From the sequence record OR485018.1: a stretch of DNA of 32,000 nucleotides; one strand, given 5' to 3'. How positions within the stretch are numbered: the first letter of the stretch is position 1; each line of letters opens with the position of its first letter. Below the pieces are notes generated by a model. It searched no databases. It saw only the letters and a program-made list of their open reading frames with translations, and was not told where the DNA came from. Shown here piece by piece: positions 1 to 7,724 of this stretch. The position numbers and the translations under genes were made by a program. This stretch comes from Salmonella phage STP-SP2.

Positions 1-2
1 AT

Positions 3-317
3 GTTAGAACTACGTTAGTTTTGGGAAACCACGACTTAGAACGAGAAGGATTATCTTTCAAAGACTTAATAGGGGTTGTAGATAACGTACAATCACTAGT
101 TAAGTATAAAAACTTCTGGCTTTCCCATGCTCCAATACACCCTGGGGAGCTGAGAGGTAAAAAGAACTTACATGGGCATACTCACTTTGAATTAATGGGA
201 GACCCTCGTTATATTAACGTTTGTGTCGAGTATGCAAAATCTCCAGTACGCCTGGAAGACATCATGAGTGGTAAGTACACTTCGCACGATAAAACTAGCT
301 GGATGTTAAATGTCTAA
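3..317 (+). CDS. C-terminal part of a calcineurin-like metallophosphoesterase (5' truncated by window edge)
   Basis: Frame is open upstream to base 3; contains GNHD and GHTH metal-binding motifs (..LVLGNHDLEREG.., ..NLHGHTHFE..). Confidence 0.8.
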   Translation, partial: VRTTLVLGNHDLEREGLSFKDLIGVVDNVQSLVKYKNFWLSHAPIHPGELRGKKNLHGHTHFELMGDPRYINVCVEYAKSPVRLEDIMSGKYTSHDKTSWMLNV

Positions 318-432
318 GTATATAGCTGAGGCTATTATTAAACGAATCATACAAGCGATAGCGATACTTATAATCATTTGTATTGCTATTGGTACGGGAT
401 TAGGCATTTTAATTAAAAGTTTTATTTGCTAA
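310..432 (+). CDS. Small single-TM protein (MSKYIAEAIIKRIIQAIAILIIICIAIGTGLGILIKSFIC), not in the ORF track
   Basis: 40-aa ORF, start overlaps the stop of the upstream gene, hydrophobic helix. Confidence 0.5.
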   Translation: MSKYIAEAIIKRIIQAIAILIIICIAIGTGLGILIKSFIC

Positions 433-484
433 AATGCTTAAGTTTCTGTATAATTACTTTATAAATTGATGAGAAGGAATCAAA

Positions 485-916
485 ATGAACAAAGTTGATA
501 AAGCTCTAGTTTTCGCAGCAGCAGATAAGTTTGAACAAGTTAAGGCAACTTTCCGAACCTTGTTCCAGTCTTACGTTCAGGATAAGTCTAATCCTATCTC
601 TGAACGTTTAATGGTCTGGGAATGTCATGCTTGCAATGCCCTATTAATTGCGGATTATCGTAGCGATATAGATAAAGATCTGTGCGAAATTCTTATCCCT
701 GAGGAGGCAGAACGTTATCAGTTAATCTCTTTCCAAGATTTGGCGGAGCATATCATTCCTGATGATCTTTGGGATAAATACTATGGTGATCCTGAAGATG
801 AAGGAATGACTCCAGAAGCCTGTATTGAGCTGATCTGCAAAGATCATCCTGAAATTGCAGATAAATTTGAAAAAGTTTTTGCTTCTGAGTTCTCCGGCGT
901 TGTTAACGATTGGTAA
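485..916 (+). CDS. Hypothetical early protein
   Basis: 143-aa ORF preceded by gagaaggaa Shine-Dalgarno; compact gene context. Confidence 0.75.
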   Translation: MNKVDKALVFAAADKFEQVKATFRTLFQSYVQDKSNPISERLMVWECHACNALLIADYRSDIDKDLCEILIPEEAERYQLISFQDLAEHIIPDDLWDKYYGDPEDEGMTPEACIELICKDHPEIADKFEKVFASEFSGVVNDW

Positions 917-994
917 GTAATTAAAAAATTCAGTTGCTTTAAGCCTTAAAACTCTGTATAATAAGTTCATAAATTAATGAGAGAGGAAATTCTA

Positions 995-1273
995 ATGGAA
1001 AACATGACTAAAGACTTCGACGCCTCTAACCTTACTAAGACTGAGATGGCCAATGTATTAGCAATTCTCCTCGATATGCAAGGATTTGAGGGGCAACTGA
1101 TGAAAATGTCTATTCCAGCGATGAAGAAGATGTACGATTCCCTTAACAAGAACGCTATGGCCTTTAACTTAGCAAAACAAGAGGCACGCTTTGCTAAGGA
1201 GCATCAAGCAGTGGCAGAACGCCGAGCAGCTAGCTTTGAGCGTGAAGTTAAGCAATTAAAGAAAAAATGCTAA
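995..1273 (+). CDS. Hypothetical early protein (coiled-coil-like)
   Basis: Start at MENMTKDF with upstream gagaggaa; the track start at 977 is likely too early. Confidence 0.7.
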   Translation: MENMTKDFDASNLTKTEMANVLAILLDMQGFEGQLMKMSIPAMKKMYDSLNKNAMAFNLAKQEARFAKEHQAVAERRAASFEREVKQLKKKC

Positions 1274-1803
1274 CACAAGAAAGATTAAAAGAGCTATTCG
1301 AATACCGCCCGGAAACGGGCGAGTTTATAAGGAAAGTCAGTAGAGGGCGAGGTAAAGCGGGTAGTATTGCTGGTAGTCCTGATAAAGATGGTTATATATT
1401 TATTGGAATAAATAGAAAAAGATATGCAGCCCATAGATTAGCCTTTTTGTACATGGAAGGATATATTCCAAATCTAGTACACCACTTAAATAATATAAGA
1501 AAAGATAATAGATGGTGCAATTTAAAAGATTGTACGTCCCAAGAGAATAATCGCAGCAAAATCGCTCAATCTACTTCGGGGTACTTAGGAGTTACCTGGA
1601 AAAAGGATCGACAACAATGGAGAGTCCAGGCCAGAAGTGCCGAAAGTATTACAGTACACGGAGGCTACTTTAGATACCTAGATTTAGAGTTGGCAGTTCA
1701 AAGAGCTAATGAACTACGTTTAGAACTACATGGGCCTACCGCTGTTATAGAAACTTTTGATCATACAAAACCATTACCTACTTTAGAGGAATTAAATAAA
1801 TGA
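1267..1803 (+). CDS. HNH homing endonuclease with C-terminal AP2-type DNA-binding domain
   Basis: ..HRLAFLYMEGYIPNLVHHLNNIRKDNRWCNLKDCTSQENNRSK.. HNH_3-like core followed by SGYLGVTWKKDRQQWRVQ.. AP2-like segment. Confidence 0.9.
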   Translation: MLTQERLKELFEYRPETGEFIRKVSRGRGKAGSIAGSPDKDGYIFIGINRKRYAAHRLAFLYMEGYIPNLVHHLNNIRKDNRWCNLKDCTSQENNRSKIAQSTSGYLGVTWKKDRQQWRVQARSAESITVHGGYFRYLDLELAVQRANELRLELHGPTAVIETFDHTKPLPTLEELNK

Positions 1804-2081
1804 TTATAGAAATTCTCATTGGATTGCTAGTGCTTATGACACTAGCAGCGATTGGTGGGATTATTGGTATTGTAAGCATACGAAAAAACATGGAGAGTAT
1901 GCTTATTACTAATAGTGGACTTCACTGCCGCTTAATAGAACAAGAACAAGATATTGAACTAGCACAGAGACGCTCGGATATTCTAAAAGAAAAACTAAAC
2001 AATATTGAAGCAATAGCTGGGAATACAAAACTACCTAATAAAGTAATGCGTGCTCAGATAATTACGGAGATTAAAAAATGA
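1800..2081 (+). CDS. Small membrane-anchored protein
   Basis: 93 aa, N-terminal TM helix, overlaps previous gene by 4 nt. Confidence 0.65.
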   Translation: MIIEILIGLLVLMTLAAIGGIIGIVSIRKNMESMLITNSGLHCRLIEQEQDIELAQRRSDILKEKLNNIEAIAGNTKLPNKVMRAQIITEIKK

Positions 2082-2323
2082 TGATGTTTATTCTAGCGTT
2101 TTATCTAATTGTGGTTGGTGTATTGGTTACTAAATATCACACATGGACGCCAAAGAATGTTGTTAAGGTAACCTTATTTGTTATTCCAGTTCCACTTATT
2201 ATCTTTTCTATGTTACTGGTGATGTTAGTTGGTAAAGTAACAAAAACCGATATTAAACGAATTGCGGATGAATTGCAACAGTCTTGTGATATGGTAGAGG
2301 ATATTCTTAAAGATGAAGCTTAA
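2078..2323 (+). CDS. Small protein with two predicted TM helices
   Basis: 81 aa, ATGA-type overlap with upstream gene. Confidence 0.65.
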   Translation: MMMFILAFYLIVVGVLVTKYHTWTPKNVVKVTLFVIPVPLIIFSMLLVMLVGKVTKTDIKRIADELQQSCDMVEDILKDEA

Positions 2324-2639
2324 TTTTAATGAATTAAATACCTTACATGAGATATTACAGTTTGTGAATAATAATATTAGTATTCCAGATGATACACTAG
2401 AAGTTCTCATGTTAATCGAGAAAAAGGTAGGAATTGAAATTGAGGACTCCTGGAAACCACTTTCTGTATTAACACCACTTAATATGAAAGTGATAGTTAA
2501 AAATATTGATACTGGTGAAGAGTGTGAAATGATTCGTAAAGAACTAGCTGATAGCTATTCACCAAAGTCTGTAGTAATGTACCATGATGATACTGCTAAG
2601 ACTCTACAGACAGCTAATTACGTATGGCGTCTCCCATGA
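2313..2639 (+). CDS. Hypothetical early protein
   Basis: 108-aa ORF overlapping both neighbours. Confidence 0.65.
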   Translation: MKLNFNELNTLHEILQFVNNNISIPDDTLEVLMLIEKKVGIEIEDSWKPLSVLTPLNMKVIVKNIDTGEECEMIRKELADSYSPKSVVMYHDDTAKTLQTANYVWRLP

Positions 2640-2782
2640 TTGATTTAGTACCAATTACTGCGGGGCTACTAGCACTATTAGTGCTCGCAGTTTTTATTAT
2701 TGTGGAGCAGGCCAAAGTAATAAGGAGACTTAAAAACAATGATAAAACGTCTTGTTTATCAGGCACCAAAGATTGTAACTGA
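2636..2782 (+). CDS. Small single-TM protein (MIDLVPITAGLLALLVLAVFIIVEQAKVIRRLKNND..), not in ORF track
   Basis: 48-aa ORF with ATGA overlap with preceding gene. Confidence 0.5.
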   Translation: MIDLVPITAGLLALLVLAVFIIVEQAKVIRRLKNNDKTSCLSGTKDCN

Positions 2783-2939
2783 GTATTTTGTATTACTGCC
2801 TCAGATTGTATTTCTAACAGCATTATTTAATATACTTTTTCGGCATCTAGGAATAACGGAAAATATCTTCTACACTTCTGAACTACTTCCTTTTATGTAC
2901 GAAGGCATCATTGTGGCAATTAACGGAGTTCGTAAATGA
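2739..2939 (+). CDS. Small membrane protein
   Basis: 66 aa, hydrophobic segments, overlaps flanking genes. Confidence 0.5.
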   Translation: MIKRLVYQAPKIVTEYFVLLPQIVFLTALFNILFRHLGITENIFYTSELLPFMYEGIIVAINGVRK

Positions 2940-3397
2940 CAGCACTACAACAACTACAGAATTACTGGTTTGATAACCAATTTAACGATCTCTTCATCCA
3001 GTTGTTTGTCGAAACGAACGGACGCTTCAACTACCGATTCTTTAATAAGTTTCACGAAACAAAATTCTCGCATACAGAAATTAATGCAGCGATCCAAGAC
3101 CTAACTGGTTCTAAAGTAATTCAGTATCGTGAAGTAGACTTTACACCAGATTGTTTTGGGTTTGAATTGTTTAAGAAAGCATATAAATTTGGTAAGTTTG
3201 AGGATGCTCGCCAATGGGTTCATGATTTCTGGTACAACACTGATATTGTTCCTAGTCGTGTGCTGATTCTTAACTGGATTGCTAAACAACATCCACCTAA
3301 AGCTCAATCGTCCTTCTTACCCACTGACACAGGAAACCTTTACCATGACAGAAAAGAAAAATCCATTGCTGGAGCAGATGAGGGAATGGGAGAGTAA
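2936..3397 (+). CDS. Hypothetical early protein
   Basis: 153-aa ORF starting with ATGA overlap. Confidence 0.75.
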   Translation: MTALQQLQNYWFDNQFNDLFIQLFVETNGRFNYRFFNKFHETKFSHTEINAAIQDLTGSKVIQYREVDFTPDCFGFELFKKAYKFGKFEDARQWVHDFWYNTDIVPSRVLILNWIAKQHPPKAQSSFLPTDTGNLYHDRKEKSIAGADEGMGE

Positions 3398-3716
3398 TAT
3401 TGAATCTGGTCTGGTAGACGGAGAAGATATTGTTAACTCTATGCTAGAAGTAACAATAGATAATATAAATCCTATTTTGGCGGGGGAAGCTTCTGATCTT
3501 ATAGGACTTTCTAGTACTTTCGATTCTTTGGCTAAATTAGCTTTAGATGACGAAGAGATAACCAAAGAAGATCTCGCCTCAGCTATGAATATGGCTATTA
3601 ACGCTTACATTGGCAAACGTACCGATGAACTCGACAAACAAATCAAAAAGCGTGATACAACACTAAATCTTATGGAAACGGCCACTATTTTAAGAAGTGG
3701 TAAACAACTTCATTAA
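3345..3716 (+). CDS. Hypothetical early protein
   Basis: Start at MTEKKNPLLEQ; followed by a terminator; the track start (3279) would overlap the upstream gene extensively. Confidence 0.7.
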   Translation: MTEKKNPLLEQMREWESNIESGLVDGEDIVNSMLEVTIDNINPILAGEASDLIGLSSTFDSLAKLALDDEEITKEDLASAMNMAINAYIGKRTDELDKQIKKRDTTLNLMETATILRSGKQLH

Positions 3717-3722
3717 TTCTAG

Positions 3723-3753
3723 AGGCCAGGACTTGATTGTTCTGGCCTTTTGT
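3723..3753 (+). terminator. Rho-independent terminator
   Basis: AGGCCAG (3723-3729) / CTGGCCT (3742-3748) stem followed by T-rich tract. Confidence 0.75.
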
Positions 3754-3770
3754 GTTTCAAGGAACTTCAA

Positions 3771-3974
3771 ATGCAAGTATATGTCCTTACTAGAGATATA
3801 AATGAGTATAATCAGGATGGTGAATATTTTGTAAAAGTATTCGCTGAAAAGCCAAGTAAACAACAATTATTAGATGCTGGAGTACCAGAAGACCAGGCTA
3901 AGTGTATACTACAAGATAAAGAGTTTACTGGTGATGCTTACGAATGTTTCTACCTTAGCTGTGAGAATATCTAA
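3771..3974 (+). CDS. Hypothetical early protein
   Basis: MQVYVLTRDINEYNQDGEY.. with upstream aagga. Confidence 0.65.
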   Translation: MQVYVLTRDINEYNQDGEYFVKVFAEKPSKQQLLDAGVPEDQAKCILQDKEFTGDAYECFYLSCENI

Positions 3975-3975
3975 T

Positions 3976-4416
3976 ATGAGAGAAAAGGTAAATGAATTAT
4001 TAATAGAGGAAGCTAACAACTTCCCAATAAATAGGTTTATCAAATCGGATGGATCTATTAATAGAACTAAGATTAAACAGCTACATCCCGACTTTCAACA
4101 AGAAGCACTAAACCTTATATTTATCAAGAAAGCTGTTGCAGTTCATGGAGCTTTCTTTGGGTATGAGCGTGTAAATTACAAAACAATGCAACAGCAAGTC
4201 GAGATCTACTGTCCAGATCATGAAGGGTATTACTGGCAAACTGCTAGATCTCATTTAGAAGGGCATGGTTGTCGACTGTGTGCACACAAGGTTGTGCAGC
4301 GTGTCACGGATTATGGAACTTATACCGTACCAGCATGTTATCATAAATTTGTAATTGACGATAATCATATAGTTTGGTATAATAAGTTTTCAAAGTTAAG
4401 AATGGAGATAAAATAA
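3976..4416 (+). CDS. Zinc-ribbon-containing hypothetical protein, possibly homing-endonuclease related
   Basis: Start MREKVNELLIEEANNF..; ..IYCPDHEGYYWQTARSHLEGHGCRLCAHK.. Cys-rich motif. Confidence 0.6.
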   Translation: MREKVNELLIEEANNFPINRFIKSDGSINRTKIKQLHPDFQQEALNLIFIKKAVAVHGAFFGYERVNYKTMQQQVEIYCPDHEGYYWQTARSHLEGHGCRLCAHKVVQRVTDYGTYTVPACYHKFVIDDNHIVWYNKFSKLRMEIK

Positions 4417-4601
4417 TGGAAACTCTTTTTCTTTTAATGCTCGTAGGTTCTCTGTTACTAATACTAGCACTTCTACTAATCTGCAATATTCTTAACAACA
4501 AGAATCTAGAGCTAAAGTGTGAGAACCAAATCCTTAATCGTGAACTTAAACAATATAATATCGCAGCTCATAAACTGTTAGACAAACTGGAGAATAAATA
4601 A
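4416..4601 (+). CDS. Small single-TM protein
   Basis: 61 aa, N-terminal hydrophobic helix then charged coiled region; overlaps neighbours by 1 nt. Confidence 0.6.
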   Translation: METLFLLMLVGSLLLILALLLICNILNNKNLELKCENQILNRELKQYNIAAHKLLDKLENK

Positions 4602-5218
4602 TGACTTTTAATACACAACAATCTATTCAAGTAGTACCAGACCATGAACTGAATACGTGGGATTATAGCCTTAAAGATTTAACTGCTACTGTACAATTCA
4701 AATCTATGAAGCTAACATTTGTACACACTGACCTTAGAGCGTGTAAAGACTTTGAAAGTAAGCTCGAAGACGCTCGTAAGATTTTTGGTAAGGCTCGCAT
4801 CCCGGCTGATAACCTTATTAATACGCTAATAGATGCTGGATATAAACTCGTGAAGACCGAGGTGAACCGCCCTAGTACTCCAGTGACTATTAGAGATACG
4901 TGGCAGTCAGGGACATTCTCAATGCTGAATAACTCCGATAAAAGATTAATGTCGGATATGCACAATGTTCCTTGTGGGGGTGTGGTAAGTAGTACGCAGT
5001 CATATAAGTTTGCGGAAGATTACGGCCCTTCCGTACAGTTGAAACATACTCAAGAAGCTTTTGAATCTGATATGCGAAGCGTAGCACCTGTGGATGCTGG
5101 AGTTTCTAGGAGTTCTATTTGTACTATTCATTTTAATAATCCTGGTAAACAGGGAAGTTTAGAGGATGCTATTATGGAGGCGTTGGGGGCTGCTATTAAT
5201 GAAGATAAGAGGGGATAA
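4601..5218 (+). CDS. Hypothetical early protein
   Basis: 205-aa ORF in compact operon. Confidence 0.75.
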   Translation: MTFNTQQSIQVVPDHELNTWDYSLKDLTATVQFKSMKLTFVHTDLRACKDFESKLEDARKIFGKARIPADNLINTLIDAGYKLVKTEVNRPSTPVTIRDTWQSGTFSMLNNSDKRLMSDMHNVPCGGVVSSTQSYKFAEDYGPSVQLKHTQEAFESDMRSVAPVDAGVSRSSICTIHFNNPGKQGSLEDAIMEALGAAINEDKRG

Positions 5219-5221
5219 TTA

Positions 5222-5569
5222 ATGATATTTGGTAAAACAAAAATTTCCCCTGCTGGGGAAATTTTAATTACTCTTAGCCTCTACTATAAAGATGAAAATG
5301 TAGAAATAGAAACATTAGAGTATATTCTTATAAATACTAATAAACCTAAAATAGGAGAGTTATTTGATGTAGTCTCTAAAGTTTCTGCTAGGGAAGATAT
5401 TCCAAACATAACACCAAAGAATATAGCTCACTTAGCGCAACAATTAGGAGTCCTGTGGTACAAAGTAGACCTTCCAGCTAAAGAAAGAACTAAAGGAAGC
5501 TTTGCAGAGGTTGCAAGAAAACCTAAGCCAGAAAAGAAAGAAACAGGGGAGCAAGCGTCTGATATATGA
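5222..5569 (+). CDS. Hypothetical early protein
   Basis: 115-aa ORF; next gene overlaps its stop. Confidence 0.7.
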   Translation: MIFGKTKISPAGEILITLSLYYKDENVEIETLEYILINTNKPKIGELFDVVSKVSAREDIPNITPKNIAHLAQQLGVLWYKVDLPAKERTKGSFAEVARKPKPEKKETGEQASDI

Positions 5570-6279
5570 TTAAAGAAGCTGAAAAATTAAAACGTCTTAT
5601 CCAGTTAGCACGTGGTGCTACACAAAAAAGCCTTTCCCAGCTAACTGATGAAGAAAAATATGCAGTAATGTTTTTAGGAGATCATTATCCTGCAAAGTGG
5701 GATAAAGGAAAGATCAAGTATGATCGGGATGCAAAACAGGTTGTTTGGTCAGGTTCATATGTGGAAGTAAATAAAGCGTTAAAGGCTTTAGATCCTGAAG
5801 CAAAAGGTTTCTCTTCCAATGCTATTCATATTCTAATTGATGAAGATCTCCCAAGATTTAAGGAAGCATCATTTAAAGAAGCATTAGCTAGCGAAGATCT
5901 TATTCCTTTTAAACATGGTAAGTATGCACATCTTCCACCACTAGAAAAAGAGAAACCTACTCTAGTTAAAGATGAAGTTTATCGTGGGATTGGCACAATG
6001 CTAGCGAGTTTGACTGTAGCTCTCCATAAAGATCTAGAGTTAACGCCCTTAGAAAACGCTGTGCATTTCATGTGCCATAAGTACGAGGATACATTTAAAG
6101 AACTATGTAAGTCGCTAGGAATGCCAAGTTACACTATATTAAACTATGCTCCTGAGTATACTAGAGCAGCACGCGGAACTATGGATTACGATGATACAGG
6201 ATCCACTTCTTCCTATTTAGCAACTTATATCTACTTCGCATCTTTAGGTATCAAACTCAAATCCAAGAGGGAGGAATAA
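5566..6279 (+). CDS. Hypothetical early protein
   Basis: 237-aa ORF, ATGA overlap with upstream gene. Confidence 0.75.
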   Translation: MIKEAEKLKRLIQLARGATQKSLSQLTDEEKYAVMFLGDHYPAKWDKGKIKYDRDAKQVVWSGSYVEVNKALKALDPEAKGFSSNAIHILIDEDLPRFKEASFKEALASEDLIPFKHGKYAHLPPLEKEKPTLVKDEVYRGIGTMLASLTVALHKDLELTPLENAVHFMCHKYEDTFKELCKSLGMPSYTILNYAPEYTRAARGTMDYDDTGSTSSYLATYIYFASLGIKLKSKREE

Positions 6280-6296
6280 AAGTTAACAAAAAGTTC

Positions 6297-6326
6297 TTGC
6301 ATTCTCATACCCAAACATGTTATAAT
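6297..6326 (+). promoter_or_regulatory. sigma70-type promoter upstream of candidate ncRNA
   Basis: TTGCAT (6297-6302), 18-nt spacer, TATAAT (6321-6326). Confidence 0.7.
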
Positions 6327-6332
6327 AATCTC

Positions 6333-6498
6333 ATAGATTAACAACTACTCTAGTTGATTAACTCTAGGGGCGATGATTATTACACGAATGTCTCGTATAG
6401 CTTGCGGCCTAGCAACAGCGGTATGACGGCATGAGTACTCACGTAATTAATCACGCGCCCCCAGGAGAGACTCTCATGAAATTGGGGGTCTCTTTTTC
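6333..6498 (+). ncRNA. Candidate small structured RNA (promoter - stem structures - terminator)
   Basis: No ORF; hairpin CAACTA-ctc-TAGTTG (6342-6356); long closing stem GGGGCG..TGATTATTAC (6368-6384) with GTAATTAATCAcgCGCCCC (6444-6462); terminator at the 3' end. Confidence 0.55.
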
Positions 6499-6500
6499 TT
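6459..6500 (+). terminator. Rho-independent terminator with alternative pairings
   Basis: CCCCCA..TGGGGG and AGAGAC..GTCTCT pairings, then TTTTT. Confidence 0.7.
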
Positions 6501-6754
6501 TATATTATTTAAATATTTTTAATGGCAATATCTGTGTTCAAGATGATACACCGGTTGCCGCTCATCTGCTAGGATCACATACACTTTCCTAGAAACTCCA
6601 GAGTTCTCACGAAATACTCACGAGATACTACACTTCTAATGGGCGGTTCTCCTAAGTTTCTAGGAACATATACTAGGCGGTTAATACAGGGCGGTTATGG
6701 GGAGGGCGGTTATTTCTAGACAATAAAATTTACTCTTGTCAGTCCAGAAATTAC

Positions 6755-7355
6755 TGTCGGATTTGCACATTGTGTTTCTAGAAATTTATGGTCGGATTTA
6801 CACAATTGCCTAAGTTTTTAGGGACATATAATCTCCTGAAAATGGCAGCATTATTTCGGGCCGAAGGCCCATGATTGCCTGAGTTTTTAGAGCCACAGAA
6901 ATTTTCACTTGTCAAGCTATTTTGCCCCATTTTGCTAATAAAATTTTACTTTATCTCCCCTAATCTCAAATTAACCCAAATCTTCTCAACTCTTCCCAAA
7001 AATCCCCGCAAATCGGGTGCCCCGCACCAAACATGCGCCTCTCCCACAGTTCCCCTAATTTTCTCTCACTCTCTCAACTTCTCCCTAAACTCACACAATC
7101 ACACACCCTCTCATCGAAGTCACAAAAATCTTGTCGGATTCGCACAAATAAACTCATGTCGGATTTGCACATATTCTAGTTAATTCCACAGGATTGATGC
7201 GCAGCATCAGATTGCTGGAGTTTTTAGGAAAATTCATTGTCGGATTTGCACACTATAAAAATTTTTCGGGTCGGATTTGCACATTACCAAAAATTGTCGG
7301 ATTTGCACATACACGCCCGCACGTAACACCCGTGGAGCAATGTCGGATTTGCACA
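6755..7355 (+). repeat. Eight copies of TGTCGGATTTGCACA (iteron-like direct repeats)
   Basis: Copies at 6755-6769, 6791-6804 (GTCGGATTTACACA), 7132-7146 (TTCGCACA variant), 7157-7171, 7238-7252, 7270-7283, 7295-7309, 7341-7355. Confidence 0.95.
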
Positions 7356-7358
7356 AAA

Positions 7359-7380
7359 GCGCAGGGCAATTGCCCTGCGC
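7359..7380. repeat. 22-bp perfect palindrome GCGCAGGGCAATTGCCCTGCGC
   Basis: Read directly. Confidence 0.95.
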
Positions 7381-7409
7381 TAAATACGAATGATAATAAG
7401 AATCATTCT

Positions 7410-7596
7410 CATTTAAAAAGCGGAATGAGAATGATAATAATTCGCATTTAGAAAGTGAAATGAGAATCAATCTCATTTAAAAAGTGGAATGATTCTCATT
7501 TAAAAAGTGGAATGAAAATTATTCAGGAAGTGAAACGATTCTCATTTAGAAAGTGGAATGCAAATGATAATGATTAGCATTTAAGAACGGAAGTGA
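7410..7596 (+). repeat. 19-nt tandem-like repeat array, consensus CATTTARAAAGTGGAATGA, interleaved with Fur-like palindromes
   Basis: Units at 7410-7428, 7445-7463, 7474-7492, 7497-7515, degenerate 7521-7538, 7543-7561, 7578-7596. Confidence 0.9.
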
Positions 7597-7614
7597 GAAA
7601 CACTGTTATTTAAG

Positions 7615-7623
7615 TTATCCACA
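7615..7623 (+). promoter_or_regulatory. DnaA box TTATCCACA
   Basis: Perfect match; further perfect copy at 7688-7696, near match TTATCAACA at 7627-7635. Confidence 0.75.
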
Positions 7624-7687
7624 GACTTATCAACAGCACGATTTGACTTGACAAAATCCTAGCCATTTTGAGGCGCTATCAACAGAC

Positions 7688-7696
7688 TTATCCACA
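7688..7696 (+). promoter_or_regulatory. DnaA box TTATCCACA
   Basis: Perfect match to consensus. Confidence 0.75.
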
Positions 7697-7704
7697 GCTT
7701 ATCC

Positions 7705-7724
7705 TACTGTATAAATATACAGTA
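7705..7724. promoter_or_regulatory. LexA (SOS) box-like operator TACTGTATAAATATACAGTA
   Basis: CTG-N10-CAG core with extended near-consensus palindrome. Confidence 0.65.

Larger units (their letters stand above)
7591..7722 (+). repeat. Left arm of 132-nt colinear inverted repeat (partner 11311-11442)
   Basis: 7682-7722 matches reverse complement of 11311-11351 with 1 mismatch in 41; 7591-7617 vs 11416-11442 3 mismatches in 27; 7642-7653 vs 11380-11391 identical; no net gaps. Confidence 0.9.

Noticed and set aside
6368-6462. tRNA gene in the 6.3-6.5 kb region
   Set aside because: Size is roughly compatible, but no cloverleaf, T-arm GTTCRA motif or 7-bp acceptor stem with discriminator could be built; long imperfect stem fits a different RNA.
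6875-7476. Track ORFs 6875-7183 (+), 7194-7451 (+), 7234-7476 (-) as coding
   Set aside because: They run through the direct repeat arrays, have repeat-driven compositions (e.g. repeated VGFAH/CKSD) and no convincing RBS; the region is better explained as non-coding repeats.
7410-7596. CRISPR-like array
   Set aside because: Repeat units are 19 nt and imperfect, spacing is 4-25 nt and spacers are themselves related palindromic motifs; no cas genes.
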